DNA of 64,000 nt from Ylistrum balloti (lineage: Eukaryota): the NCBI RefSeq assembly GCF_031769215.1, contig NW_026781874.1:310001-374000 (forward strand), read 5' to 3'. This document shows, piece by piece, positions 13,801 to 26,321 of the stretch. Every line of letters begins with the position of its first letter. The stretch's first letter is position 1. The notes under the pieces were generated by a model. That model saw only the letters and a program-made list of their open reading frames with translations. It was not told where the DNA came from and ran no database searches. Position numbers and translations under genes: made by a program.

Positions 13801-16800
13801 TACTCGAATGGTGGACAGATGTCCGGTCTGCTGTTTGCCTGCCCTTTATTGGATATGCTGCCTTATCCATGTTTTGCTTTTTTTACTTTAGCGGAAGCAT
13901 CAAGAAAAGAGGTTCCAATGACTCCTCGTATTCCACTTCCATGTAAGCTTCTGGTACACAGAGTGATTCACTTAGGGAGTTACAGCAGGAAACAGTATAG
14001 AAATAAGGGAGTTACAGCAGGAAACAGTATAGAAATATAGGGAGTTACAGCAGGAAACAGTATAGAAATAAGGGAGTTACAGCAGGAAACAGTATAGAAA
14101 TATAGGGAGTTACAGCAGGAAACAGTATAGAAGGTTCACTTAGGTCATATACACCAGGGCTCATTATAGAAATATAGGGATATAGGGAGAGTTCACTTAG
14201 GTCATATACACCAGCTCATTATAGAAATATAGTTACAGCAGTAAACAGTATAGAAGTTTCACTTAGGTCATATACACCAGGGTTCATTATAGAAATATAG
14301 GGAGTTACAGCAGGAAACAGTATAGAGATATAGGGAGTTACAGCAGGAAACAGTATAGAAGGTTCACTTAGGTCATATACACCAGGGCTCATTATAGAAA
14401 TATAGGGAGTTACAGCAGGAAACAGTATAGAAGATTCACTTAGGTCATATACACCAGGGCTCATTATAGAAATATAGGGAGTTACAGCAGGAAACAGTAT
14501 AGAAATAAGGGAGTTACAGCAGGAAACAGTATAGAAGGTTCACTCAGGTCATATACACCAGGGTTCATTATAGAAATATAGGGAGTTACAGCAGGAAGCG
14601 GTATAGAAGTTTCACTTAGGTCATATACACCAGGGCTCATTATAGAAATATATGGAGTTACAGCAGGAAACAGTATAGAAGGCTTCACTTAGGTCATATA
14701 CACCAGGGCTCATTATAGAAATATAGGGAGTTACAGCAGGAAACAGTATAGAAGTTTCACTTAGGTCATATACACCAGGGCTCATTATAGAAATATATGG
14801 AGTTACAGCAGGAAACAGTATAGAAGTTTCACTTAGGTCATATACACCAGGGCTCATTATAGAAATATAGGGAGTTACAGCAGGAAACAGTATAGAAGTT
14901 TCACTTAGGTCATATACACCAGGGTTCATTATAGAAATATAGGGAGTTACAGCAGGAAACAGTATAGAAGCTTCACATAGGTCATATACTCCACGGTTCA
15001 TTATAGAAATATAGGGAGTTACAGCAGGAAACAGTATAGAAGTTTCACTCAGGTCATATACACCAGGGTTCATTATAGAAATATAGGGAGTTACAGCAGG
15101 AAACGGTATAGAAGCTTCACATAGGTCATATACACCAGATTTTCAGTTCAGAAAAAAATAGATTTTTTGTATATGGAAATGTTAGGTGAAAAGGGGAAAA
15201 AACCCAGATTTTCCCTGTGGAAAGTTAAGTCAAAAGCAGTAAAATTCCTGAAGAGAAAGGTCAGGTCAGATTTAGGAGATTTTCAGAAGAGAAAGATCGG
15301 GTCAGGTTCAGCAGATAAGGTTAGGTCACAAACCACAGACTTTCATTACAGAAAGGTTCGGTTAAAAACAAAAAGCTTAATGTCAGAAGCAGAAGCACAT
15401 AAAGTAGATATTTGGTTGTGAAATGGACACGACTGAAGAAGTAAGTTTCAGTACAGAACCACATAAAGTAGATATTTGGTTGTGAAATGGACACGACTGA
15501 AGAAGTAATTTTCAGTACAGAAGCACATAAAGTAGATATTTGGTTGTGAAATGGACACGACTGAAGCAGTAATTTTCAGTACAGAAGCACATAAAATAGA
15601 TATTTGGTTGTGAAATGGACATGACTGAAGAAGTTATTTTCAGTACAGAAGCACATAAGGATATACCTATCATACATATTTTCATTATATATGGACAGGA
15701 GGATACTGTACTGGGGGATACATAGTACATTATAATACAGAGTCAAATATATTAGATTTGGCAAATTTTGAGTACAGAACAATTACCAATAGATAAGTAA
15801 GAATTTTAGTTCTGAAGGTCAAGTTAAATACAGGCAACTTGTAGAGTGAGAAAAGATTTGTGCAGTTATTGAAGATTTACAGTAAAAAAAATGTTGTTCT
15901 GGTATACATAGCAGATTCCATTGAGCCAGTGGATGAAGTTAAATTACTAAATGGATTAAAAGACAAACCAGTATAATTAAGTTTATTTTTCTACAAAACA
16001 GTAATCATTTAGAAATAGTCAAGGTTATATTGTGTATTTACATACTGTAGATTTTAATATGGGAAAAAAATGAGGAAAAAAATGAACAAAATAAAAAATA
16101 TTAGTCAGAAATGATAAAATTAATTTTGTAATGTGCGTTATCTTATATACATGTTATAGAAAGCGTCACTTGCTCAGGTGTAGTATAGCTCCTTTAATGT
16201 TGTACACAATGAAAAAAAATACATGCTTTCATATTGCCTGCAGCAAAGATATATAAATTATAGAATTTAAGAAAATTAAAATATTAAGGATAGTGTAAAA
16301 GTCTCTGTTGATTTATATGTGAGGAAGAATTCAAATATTAAATGTTATAAGGCTAGCTCAAAGATTTAACAGAGAATTTTTATCCGAAAATCAGTAAGCA
16401 TATGGAAAAATTGGCGAAAAAAAAATAAAGAATGTTCCGAGCTTTCAGTAGAAATTTTGTACTGTGGTCAGTGAAATTACTGGTGTCAAGTGTGTACATA
16501 GCTTGTCTGTCATTTATTTGCTTCTCAGTATGTTAAACAGAAAATAATGCCTCCACGTCACTGGTATTGGGCTTACCTCACGCTGGCAGTTTGTACTACC
16601 ATGAACGTCTCAGCTTCGTAGCACTCTTGTGTTCCTCAGGTTACAGATATCCAGCTACTCATGTACCTAGCTGCAGTATTTTGATAAATTTCTTAACAGA
16701 AACGCTATAAAGCAGGTTTTAGTGATGCAGAAAAATCTATTTTACTGACACAATATAATTTGCTGCCTTTTCCTAACAATACATTTATTCATTTACTGAA

Positions 16801-18380
16801 TTCTTACGAAATCATTTCCTTTCATGAAGGTAGTGTTGGATTTCGGTAGACTCTCACTGATTTTAAGTGTGAAATATTAAGAATTAAATGCATCAGTTTG
16901 TAGTTTGTTATAAATAGTTGATGACTTAAGGCTTTGAAGATTAACACTATTTTACTTGTGACATGTAGAGATTGCTGTGTACTCTTGCCCTAACCAATCA
17001 CCATCCCATCCCTGCACTCTCTAGGTGTGTGACCTTGACAGTTATTTGTAGGTCAGTAGTAATTAACACAAAGTAGTGTCTGTAAAATCATACTACTTGA
17101 ATGATCTTAGCAAATCTTGGTCATTAGCCTCTTTATAATTCTGGTCCAGTTTTTGACCCTAAAACTACGTGTAGCTAATACTTTAACGGGAATATATGTT
17201 CTGAATGATTGAAGTTTCTTGAAACCAAGGCAAGGCTTCAAAGAGAGAAATTTAAAGTTAAAGACTTTGTTTAAGTCTTAAAATATTTTTTGAGGCTTTG
17301 ACGTAGTGTTATAAATAGTAATATAAAAAGATTTTTGAATTCATAATACTGTAGATCTTCTATGTCATATTGTTTTTGTGTATTTGCAATTATTAAAACT
17401 GGATGCAGTTTAGCCTCCCTAAAAGGCATGCATTTTGATAGGTGTCTGCAGGTTTTAGTGAAACACAAATGTAGATATTCATAATCCTGTTAAGATGTCA
17501 CGAATTTGAAATATGAAACCATTTACTGTTCCTGATACATAATAGTAGGGGGATTCAAACCTTGTTGTGTAATTTCTGACTCTCCTATTGTTTGTTGTAT
17601 GTGTGGCAATGTTGGATGATTTCAGGACATCCTCGGTCCCGAGTATGACGGGAAGTCTGACTGGATCTCTAGGAGGCTCCAGCAATTTCACAAAACCAAA
17701 GAAAAGGTATGGTGTTATGTTGAAACCAGCATATTTTTTTAACCAGCTGCTTAGTACCATAATTATCTCCATAAAATCATAATGGATTGAGACAGTACCC
17801 TTTGTTCTGTGCAGAAAACCTGCTCCAACATTCTGTAATATAATATATATTATACAAATTATTTGTATTCGGATTGAAATGAATACTTCAGGTAGGAACA
17901 GATGTTTGGATTATGCATAACATGTATTTAATGTTTTATTGTAACTTTACAGAACGGTGCGAACCTTATACCACTGTGATGCTGAGAATGATTCCGAATT
18001 GTCGTTTGAACCCAACATGATAATTACGAATGGTATGTTCTTGTTAGCAACTGATTCATTGGATAAAGAATGGAGACATTTCTGTAATAACTTGTGACTA
18101 TGAAAAGTTCTAGCAGTCATATGAAGTACAGTAATTATGAACATCACTTAATAGTTTTTATCTTATCCTAACATATAATCGTATGGGCATGTATTATGGT
18201 GTAACAATGCCTGCCATTGTGATACACTATGAAAATATTTAAGTTATTTTGAATGTCAAGAGAACATTTTTATTGTTTTGTTGGGTAGTGCGGCCTTCAA
18301 AGGAACCAGGTTGGTTGGAGGGGAGTCTGGACAACAAGACTGGCCTCATTCCAGAGAATTATGTTGAGTATGTGGACTGA
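1884..18380 (+). CDS. Graf: GRAF-family Rho GTPase-activating protein (ARHGAP26/10/42 co-orthologue), 3' part; BAR and PH exons lie upstream of the window
   Basis: Phase-consistent GT-AG exons: 1884-1917 ([11 protein letters not shown]), 2776-2838 ([21 protein letters not shown]), 3290-3364 ([16 protein letters not shown], arginine finger), 4535-4622 ([15 protein letters not shown]), 8254-8312 (SLPEPLMTF), 8885-8990 ([19 protein letters not shown]), 9462-9621 ([19 protein letters not shown]), 10007-10274, 10557-10724, probable 11102-11147 and 13892-13942, 17626-17706, 17953-18032 ([22 protein letters not shown]) and 18289-18380 ([30 protein letters not shown]). The RhoGAP + linker + SH3 motifs match the GRAF family. 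Confidence 0.95.
3345..3935. repeat. Degenerate ~65-75-bp tandem repeat whose first copy spans the 3' end and donor site of exon 3290-3364
   Basis: About 8 decayed copies of ctcataact..agggctg(g)gt(a/g)agttatctcccc...aatgccatgctgtatag. Donor-like hexamers occur at 3365, 3706, 3772, 3838 and 3890. Confidence 0.7.
5441..7788. repeat. 35-bp minisatellite/satellite array, ~67 copies, intronic
   Basis: Unit ctgatcagttattatgtctagtcatgatgtcacct, period 35, with a few recurring point variants. Confidence 0.97.
12355..12541. repeat. 26-bp minisatellite, ~7 copies, with alternating variants (52-bp dimer)
   Basis: aaaa(c/t)agat(c/a)ttgaacatgtacaggt at 12381, 12407, 12433 and onward. Confidence 0.92.
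13966..15138. repeat. Composite minisatellite: 31-33-bp subunit alone, then embedded in a 72-bp unit
   Basis: gggagttacagcaggaaacagtatagaa subunit plus ttcacttaggtcatatacaccagggctcattatagaaatata. The period is 72 (e.g. 14823 to 14895). Confidence 0.95.
15391..15658. repeat. 64-bp tandem repeat, ~4 copies
   Basis: agaagcacataaagtagatatttggttgtgaaatggacacgactgaagaagtaattttcagtac at 15391, 15455, 15519, 15583 and (partial) 15647. Confidence 0.93.
17953..18380 (+). CDS. Graf: C-terminal SH3 domain of the GRAF-like protein (two exons, 17953-18032 and 18289-18380, stop TGA)
   Basis: ALY-like RTLY, acidic [10 protein letters not shown] and [10 protein letters not shown]3 motifs, joined in phase 1. 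Confidence 0.95.
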
Positions 18381-20719
18381 CAAAGGTTAAGCTCTCAATA
18401 CAAGCGTGTTAGAGAGCAAGATCAGTGTAGTTAAGAGCCTGACTGACCAGGATCAGTGCATGAGCTTTCTAATTATAGTATGTCCAGAATCCACAATTAT
18501 AAGTGCTTGGCGAACCATTTTAGAAGACCGCAGGATTGATGCTTGTTACCTGGACAACATGGATGGACATTGGTCCGAGGAGAGAAGAAGAAAACATAAA
18601 GCTATGTTGCCTGTGAGAAGAATGCACAAGATGACATCACAGTATTATTAGTACTTAGTTACAATTTAGGTCCCATATACTACACAGTGTTTAGCTGGCT
18701 TAAGTACAGTACAGTGTGCAGAGTGCCAGCTTTTAACCCAATGTTGATTATCTATTAACAATTTACGTAGTTGTCTAAAAGTCTTGTATTTTTCAACCAA
18801 TTTTTTTTAGAAATTACACATAATATTAGGAAAGATTTGAACTGTCTTAGATATCTGAAAGATAGCAGGTATTTGGACAATTTCCTTTGACAGGGCAATC
18901 TGTAAACAGCACTTTAATACTTAATATTGAAACAAAATCTTGTAGATTTAAGAAATAATCATTTGATTGTTAAAATTTCAGTTCATGAGATATTCTTAAA
19001 TGCATTTTTTTTATATTATATCATTGTGTTGGAGATATCCAAGTACACTCTAGTACAATGTAGTGTGACTGACACAAACAGATATCCCATCATTGTCATA
19101 GTTAAATGGTCACAATTGATTTAACTAGGATTGATTATATTTCATGAAATCTTGCACAGGTTGGAATTAAGACTATTTATCAAAGTGCAATATTATATAT
19201 ACTATACATGCAATAACAGATTGTATTGTGTTCTGAATTCTCATTGGAAACTTTTAACTGCTGAAAGCTTTTGGCTTCGATGGTCTAGTGATTGATTATT
19301 TGAAATATGTATTAAATGTATTTAGAGTGATTTCAATGGCATTACATATACACCAGTTCCTCTTCCAGATTTCTATGATAACATATCACAAAAAAACTAA
19401 CATGATTTTTTTTATTTATTTATACGTTTGAGTTTACAAATAAATTATTTGTGTTGATCATTGGCAGGAAATATCTGTGTATATTGCACTAGAAATACTT
19501 CATTGGTCCTAATAACAATGATCTTTCTTCAGTGATAGAAAAACATTATGAATTCAATTCAGTTTGAAAATTTGAATTGTTTAGAATAAATCTTAAAGAA
19601 AACAGTTTTACTGATATTATTGAAAATGGCCACAATGAAAAAGGTTCCAGGCTTGTTTTCTAGCAACAAACTTTAAATAGAAATGTGTTGGCCAGGATAC
19701 CTTTATGGTGTCACTGAAAAGGTGAACTGTATTACTTTTACTGGGAAGTGTTTTGTAATACAGCACTCTTCTCCTCTCAACCATCCTCCTTAAAACAGAC
19801 ATATAATATTGTTCAAAACTTTCATGAAGACTAAAAATATATTAGATTTAGATATTTATTTATTGCGGTTTTTCGCTTCACAAAATTTAATATTAATACA
19901 CGTGGAATAGTTTATTGATATAGTTTTAACAACAGATTTATTGATATGAAATGCACAATTTAACTAAATGATCACACTATGCACCAATCACTTAGTGGTA
20001 TCAATTGTATATGTGTCCGTTATATATTACAGGTATGTAGAAAGGCTTTTTGTCCGTTACCATCATGGTCCTTCAGTAAAATAGTCATTTGTGAAATAGT
20101 AACACCTGTATGATTATTTTGTGTACATACCTGTACCAGTAATAACACAGTAATTGTATCATTGTTTATTGATCTGTGAAGTACCTATGTAGATTCAACA
20201 AACTCAAATACTCTTAAATGGCAATTAATTACTTACCACCTGTATTAGGTAAAGTGTTCCTCTAAACTTTACTCTAGAGAAAATTATAGAACATTGTGCT
20301 GTATTTTACGAAAAAGGCAGTGTAGTAGAGACAGTGTGACTATTAATTAGAAATAAATAGTAAATAACTTTTATGCATTACTAGAGCCCATAGAATCAAA
20401 AACAAGTTATTTAAGTTCAAGAAAGTTTTATTAGATTTTGTCTGTTGCTGTTTTGTTATTATCATCCAAATGCTTGTAAAGCTATTAAAAATACAATGCA
20501 TTGTCTGTTATAGATTCAAAATTTCCCTATTTCTGACAGTATATGGTACGCTATAATAAATGTTTTGTTGGTCAAATGTTAACATTCCATTTATAACTAT
20601 CCTTTCCTACCTCACACATGTCATTAGTCTCTATTTCAGTTAGTTTATAGACTGTGGTATTGTGGAGTTTAGGGGTGGACAGGTTAGTTTCTGGATTGAG
20701 TAGTTGCTCTTTAAAATGA

Positions 20720-21624
20720 TTATAAGTTCAACATGAGACAGAGTCTCATGGTGACCTATTCTAATACCCTTCATCCGGCGTCGTGCGTCCGTAAACAATT
20801 TAACACTTTCGACTTCTTCTAAAAAACCCCTTGTCTGATTTCAATTGAATTTTGCAGAAACCTTCCCTGGCTTAAGGTGAACAAAAAATTTTAAGTATAC
20901 AGTCCCCAACCCCCAGAGGCCTGAAGACTGGGGCCAATATGGTCAAATTGACTTTGATTTCAAAAATCTTCTTCTTTAGACTCAGGTATGGTAGAATCAA
21001 ATGCTATTCATGAATGGAAGAATCTTAAGGTGCTTTACCAAATTTGTGAATTTGATGGCCCCAGGGTCACACATTTCTCCATGGGGAGGAGGCAAACTTT
21101 ACTATAGTTGATTTAGGAAAACTAGATTTTTGAGCATAATTTGTTTAATTTCCATTGAAAATATATCAAACTTGGTTAGAATTATGCGCGAATGATGACA
21201 GAGTGATGGTATGCCCATTTTGATTCTGACTGACCACCAGGGGCTGATGGATGGGGCCAAAATGGGTCAAATTGACTTAAATTTCACAAATCTTCTTCTC
21301 AAGACCCAGATATGGTAGAATCAAATGCTCTTCATGAATGGAAGCATCTTAAGGTGCTTTGATTACCAAAATGAGTCTGACATTTCTTCCTTGGGAGGAA
21401 TTTTTTTTTAGTCTTTACTGTATTTTTCATAGAAAAATGGCATTTTTGAGCATAACGTTGATTATTTCCCACTGGAAATTACTGTAATAGAATTTTCAGT
21501 ATGGGATTGCAGTTTGGATAGTATGCATATGTTGACACTTCATGACACTTTATAACTTACCCCTTAACCTTTATATTCAATATTGCTTATCTCAGGTGAC
21601 CGTCAAGGCCCCTTGGCCTCTTGT
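20720..21624 (+). mobile_element. Non-autonomous Helentron-associated (HINE/pearl-like) element
   Basis: 5' hairpin catgagac-aga-gtctcatg (20732-20750) followed by gtgacct. Two diverged internal core repeats start near 20930 and 21253. The 3' end is ctcaggtgaccgtca plus the short hairpin aggcc-cctt-ggcct (21606-21619) and cttgt. This layout matches bivalve HINE-type elements. Confidence 0.7.
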
Positions 21625-24119
21625 AACTCCAAGAAGTCAAATTTCCGAAATCATTTATAAAAGGAAGACAGGGCATTAAAAAAAAATCTGCTTTGTTGTA
21701 ATATTACTATGAGAAAAGGTTTTATCAGAATTTTTGTTTTGTATCATTTTTTCTTGTTGCTATATTCAAGTGTTCAAAATATTATTGACTCTACAGATCT
21801 GGTATGAAAACAATGTATCGCCTTTCATATAAAGGTATGGATAAGGTACCATGATATAGTTGTAATCAATTTAACTTATATGTTATGAAAATCAGATCGT
21901 ATTTGCGATTTACTCCTCCATGGATCAGAGAGTCCTGCTGTTCAACTTTTGCTGGAGTGGAGAATTGTATCAGAGTTTCAAATAGACTGAAATTGTTGAA
22001 TTGCCTTTACTTCGTTAGACATGGAGGCAATCACATTTCATTAGATACTTCATTTTTTAAACTCTATATTAATTGGAAAATATAATGAAACTTTAAACTG
22101 TATGACTGATCAATGTCTTTAGTATGACAGAGTCAGGAGTCACAAGAGAAGGATAGCTATGTGTTTTTGTATTCATCATGGAAAAAAAAGTACTGTTCTT
22201 AATCAATTTTATGATTGTGTTAATTGCTTGCATGGATTATTCACATTTAACTAAGGTGCACAAACAAGGACCCATTATCCATTTCACCTATGCATATGTA
22301 CGAGATACAGTGACTTTACACATATATGTTATTGTTAGTCCTAATCCCATGTTGTTGTATGGTCGGAACAAAACTTCTCTTCTAGTCTAATAACGTACAC
22401 TGTGGACTAATTTTCTTGTTGTTTTATGTATTTGTACACATTTACACCACAATAAATCAAGCCTATAATCTATATATTAAATGGTTCCCTTCAATGAAAT
22501 TTCAATATAATTGTAAATGTATCCAAGTGATATATTGAATTGTTTTTACATATCTATAGTGAAGGAGTGTTTTCAAATTCAACAATCGAGACAATAAGTC
22601 CACACAGTGAAATCATCGTTTAGCATATACAATGGATATTCTCTTGTTGGAGTCACTGACTTCGCTCATTTTGGCTAATGATAGCCATGTGACAAGTGTC
22701 TATAAGGTACTTCAATGATGGTGTAAATGTACACAATCTCTTTAGATCTCTTAATGAAAAGTAAGTATTTTTCATTTCAAATATTTCTAAATAAAGTTTC
22801 TGTGACTCCATGCAAATATACATTTTTCTCAGTATGCAAAAAAGATTCTTTCTTACATTTTTTTTTCTCTCTCAATTTTTCAGTGGATAAAAAGGAGACT
22901 TTGGGAAAAAAAGTTATGAAGTTAATGTGCTATGTTATATATTGAAAAATCATTCCTGATACAGAATGGTATTGCGAACAGTAGGTGAACTCAGAGAGTG
23001 TCAAACGTGGTATGATAATGTTTTGAGACAGTGTACACGTCATGTGTACCTTACATTGTATAGGACTGTCCCAGTAAGTTAGGCCTTGTAGTATCCTTAC
23101 ATACACTTGACAAGTATTTACATTATATAACATTATAGTGTTCAGAATATGTTGATTTTTACGCATGACAATTGTGTGGGTTTTACTATGTTCATCCAAG
23201 TCATGGAAATCGTATATTGTTTTCAAAAATTGAAAACTTATTACTTGTAAAGAAAAAAAATTCAAAATCATATTGGGTTATACTAGTATTAAGAATGTAT
23301 TAGTCCCCTACCAGTATTTATATAGAAATGTAACTTATTAATCAAACATGATGAATTAATATGAATATTTTATAGGAAATAATTAAGTTATTTAGTCATT
23401 ATCTATTTTAAAGTATTCATTAATAGTCAAGTAGACATCATAAAATTACCTATTTACACCAAATCTTCCTTTCATACATATATTTGTTAACTTGACAACC
23501 TAAGGGAATCTTTTTTAATTTAATATGAAAAATATTATCAAAACACTAATCGAATCTGTTGCAGATGTATTTATTTGAATACAACATGTCTTGGAAGATA
23601 AATAATAATTGATACATCTTGATGAAGATGAAATTATTACAATGATAATTTGATTATCCCTCAGTTTTGATATACAGAGTGCACATTCCATTTCGGACAC
23701 CAAAAGTCGCGTCCACTTGATTGCTTGGTGTCATTGTGTATTGATTATTTGTAATGTTTTTATTTCCTTAGTTGCTTTTTTGTTCCACAGTGGCTAGACT
23801 AGGACAGGGAAGTTATAACCGACCAAATGTGTTCATTTACTTCTATGTACTGTTGATAATTTGTAGATGGCAATGTATCGTGTAAAAAGAACAGATTCTT
23901 TTATATACGAGAAATATACAGGTCATTCTGTAAAATTACTCATTTCAAATAGTAAAGAGAATTGTAATGATTACTTAGTTTCTTGTTTATACTTTTTTGG
24001 TCTGAAAAGAGACGCACATTTACAAGGTCTTTTTTGTCTATGGAAAAAATATTTTCGTTCATATGACCCAAACATGTTTCAACACTTCACGGTTCTTCCT
24101 TAATGCACTTGCAAGGGAT

Positions 24120-24336
24120 GTTGACAATCTTTTAATATTTTGAAGTAAGGTAGCCACCAGCTACTACAAGGATAGCGACCTCAAAATGACAGTTGATCTC
24201 TTAATATTTTAAAGTGAGGTTGCCACTAGCAACTACAAGGATAGCGACCTCAAAATGACAGTTGATCTCTTAATATTTTAAAGTGAGGTCGCCACTAGCA
24301 ACTACAAGGATAGCGACCTCAAAATGACAGTTGACA
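24120..24336. repeat. 69-bp tandem repeat, 3 copies, with an internal inverted repeat
   Basis: gatagcgacctcaaaatgacagttga recurs at a 69-bp period. tgaggtcgc (24284-24292) is the reverse complement of gcgacctca (24313-24321). Confidence 0.9.
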
Positions 24337-26260
24337 TGACTTGACTCTTCTTATCTCACATCTGCTGCAATACATGTTACACATTCACCTCAGTGGAATT
24401 CTGGTTTTTATCTGGAACCCTAATTAAAAGAGACTCAGTATAATGTAAAATGGAAAACATTAAACATAAGAAGTAAACAACATTATTAATGTACGTCGAT
24501 CTTCTGATAAATAGCCTGATCAGTTTTCCATGGTTACAAAGCCAGTGTAGCTGTTTTCGAATACAAAACTGACTAGAGGCATTGTCTGGAGATACAAGTA
24601 CGTAATCTTCAAAATATTGAATGTTGTTCATATAATGTATTAATTATACGTTGCAGTTTTTACATTGTCTTTATGGATTCATTTTACTAAGAAATATACA
24701 TCTGATGTAATATACCTATCACTATACCCAGCTGCTGGTGAAGACTTCCGGGCAATCCGTCTGATGAAACCTACATCTCACAATACAAAGCTGTTGGTGT
24801 AGTCTTCGGGAAATCCATCTGATGAAGTATCCGTTAGCGTCTGCTGTTTCTCATTTCATTTGGCTGCATAAAGACTCCATACTGTTAACCCTTCACACAA
24901 AATGCTATAATGAATTCTGTTAAATCTAGCTTCTACACCATTAGCTTGTACCGTTAAAATGTTACCTTTGAGAGGTTCTGTCGGTCGCTGTAAAATATTA
25001 TTCGTCAGATGTGAATTTTAATGCAAAAGAAATAAGTAGCAAATTCTTGACTTCCGCGAAAATATACCGGTTTTTTACTGCGAAAATAAAAACCAACTTG
25101 TACAGTAATTGAGCAGCTCTGAAATATTGATAGTATGATACTACATACTTGTAAGGTACGGTAGAGTGTTGAATTATCTACTTCTTTGTTTAAACACTTT
25201 GCTTTGCTAAATGACGTCAGGCTTAAAGAGATTGATTTGTGCCATGTCACCAAAGCTTTTTATTGCTACTCAAAGTTAGTTCCCAATTCAACTTTTACTC
25301 GGTTTGACTACAAGTACATTTCTAACCACCTTTGTACTGTGTGTTGGCCATGTATTGCCCATGCGCATGTTATTGTCCAAGCTGCCTCTTAGCCTTTACT
25401 TAGGATGAGTACAGTTCATTGTTACTTTTAATATATGCTTCTATGTGTGAAATTTGGTGTCGCGGCATTCCGGTAACCTCATTAAGTTTCTAAGCGTAGC
25501 GAGTTCTTTCGACTTCATAAAACAGGTAGTGCGATATAGATTTTAATGAAACAGAATTGAACGAAAACCAAAACCGTGACCAAACCCCCCTTTAAAGCAC
25601 GGAGCAAATTAAAATACGGAATGCAACGACACAACAGAGAAAAGTTGTACTGAGGCAGTCAATGTTTAGCACCACTAGTGAGCATCACAAGATGTGTTAT
25701 GCATTCAGTGTCAAGATTCACATGTACCTTTATAAATGAACGTGATTGTTTCATAAAATGTGCTAAGTTAGAGGAGAATAGATTATTTTATATAGTTCAG
25801 ATGGTTAAAATAAAAGGAAATGCTCGCGAAGAGCCATTGATATACTTGTAGATATCATTGTGAATTTTCGTCAATCAACATTATAAAGGAGAATACTTAT
25901 AACTTGAAAACGCAAAATATAACAATGCGAATCCACGATATCTATTTTTCGCAAATTCATAAATAAGCATGTGGATGTTATCGAATAATTTATTTTCCTT
26001 TAACTTAACATATTTAATGAAAAACAAATCATATGTCCAAAAGTACCTGTGACAGAGGGATATCTCTAACGTTGATATAAAAATAATAAAAATTACCACT
26101 CGATCTAGGGGTTTTTCCGCTTGTGTCGTGAACGTTTAAAATCACTCATCCGGTACATTCTGCGGTGCGTAGTAAAATGATATTATTAGGTCGCCTAATT
26201 GTGAACTGATAGACTGGCTCTATAGGGTAACGACCACAGCAACTGGTCAAAGTGGTCAAC

Positions 26261-26321
26261 ATGAAGACCATAATATTCTTGTTCTGTGTTTACGCCGCAG
26301 TCGGAGTCACAACTGCACAGG
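26261..26321 (+). CDS. First coding exon: signal peptide MKTIIFLFCVYAAVGVTTAQ(G)
   Basis: tcaacATG start, Lys plus hydrophobic core plus small-residue cleavage region, strong donor g|gtaagt. The phase 1 end matches the next exon at 27833. Confidence 0.85.

Noticed and set aside
14219-15073. Minus-strand ORFs with repeated [24 protein letters not shown]
   Set aside because: They are a by-product of a 72-bp (multiple of 3) minisatellite. There are no splice signals or start context, and indels break the frame repeatedly.
24732-24828. Two CTGATGA motifs 58 bp apart as a hammerhead ribozyme
   Set aside because: There is no stem II closing directly onto GAAA and no matching stems I/III. It is better explained as a short diverged duplication.
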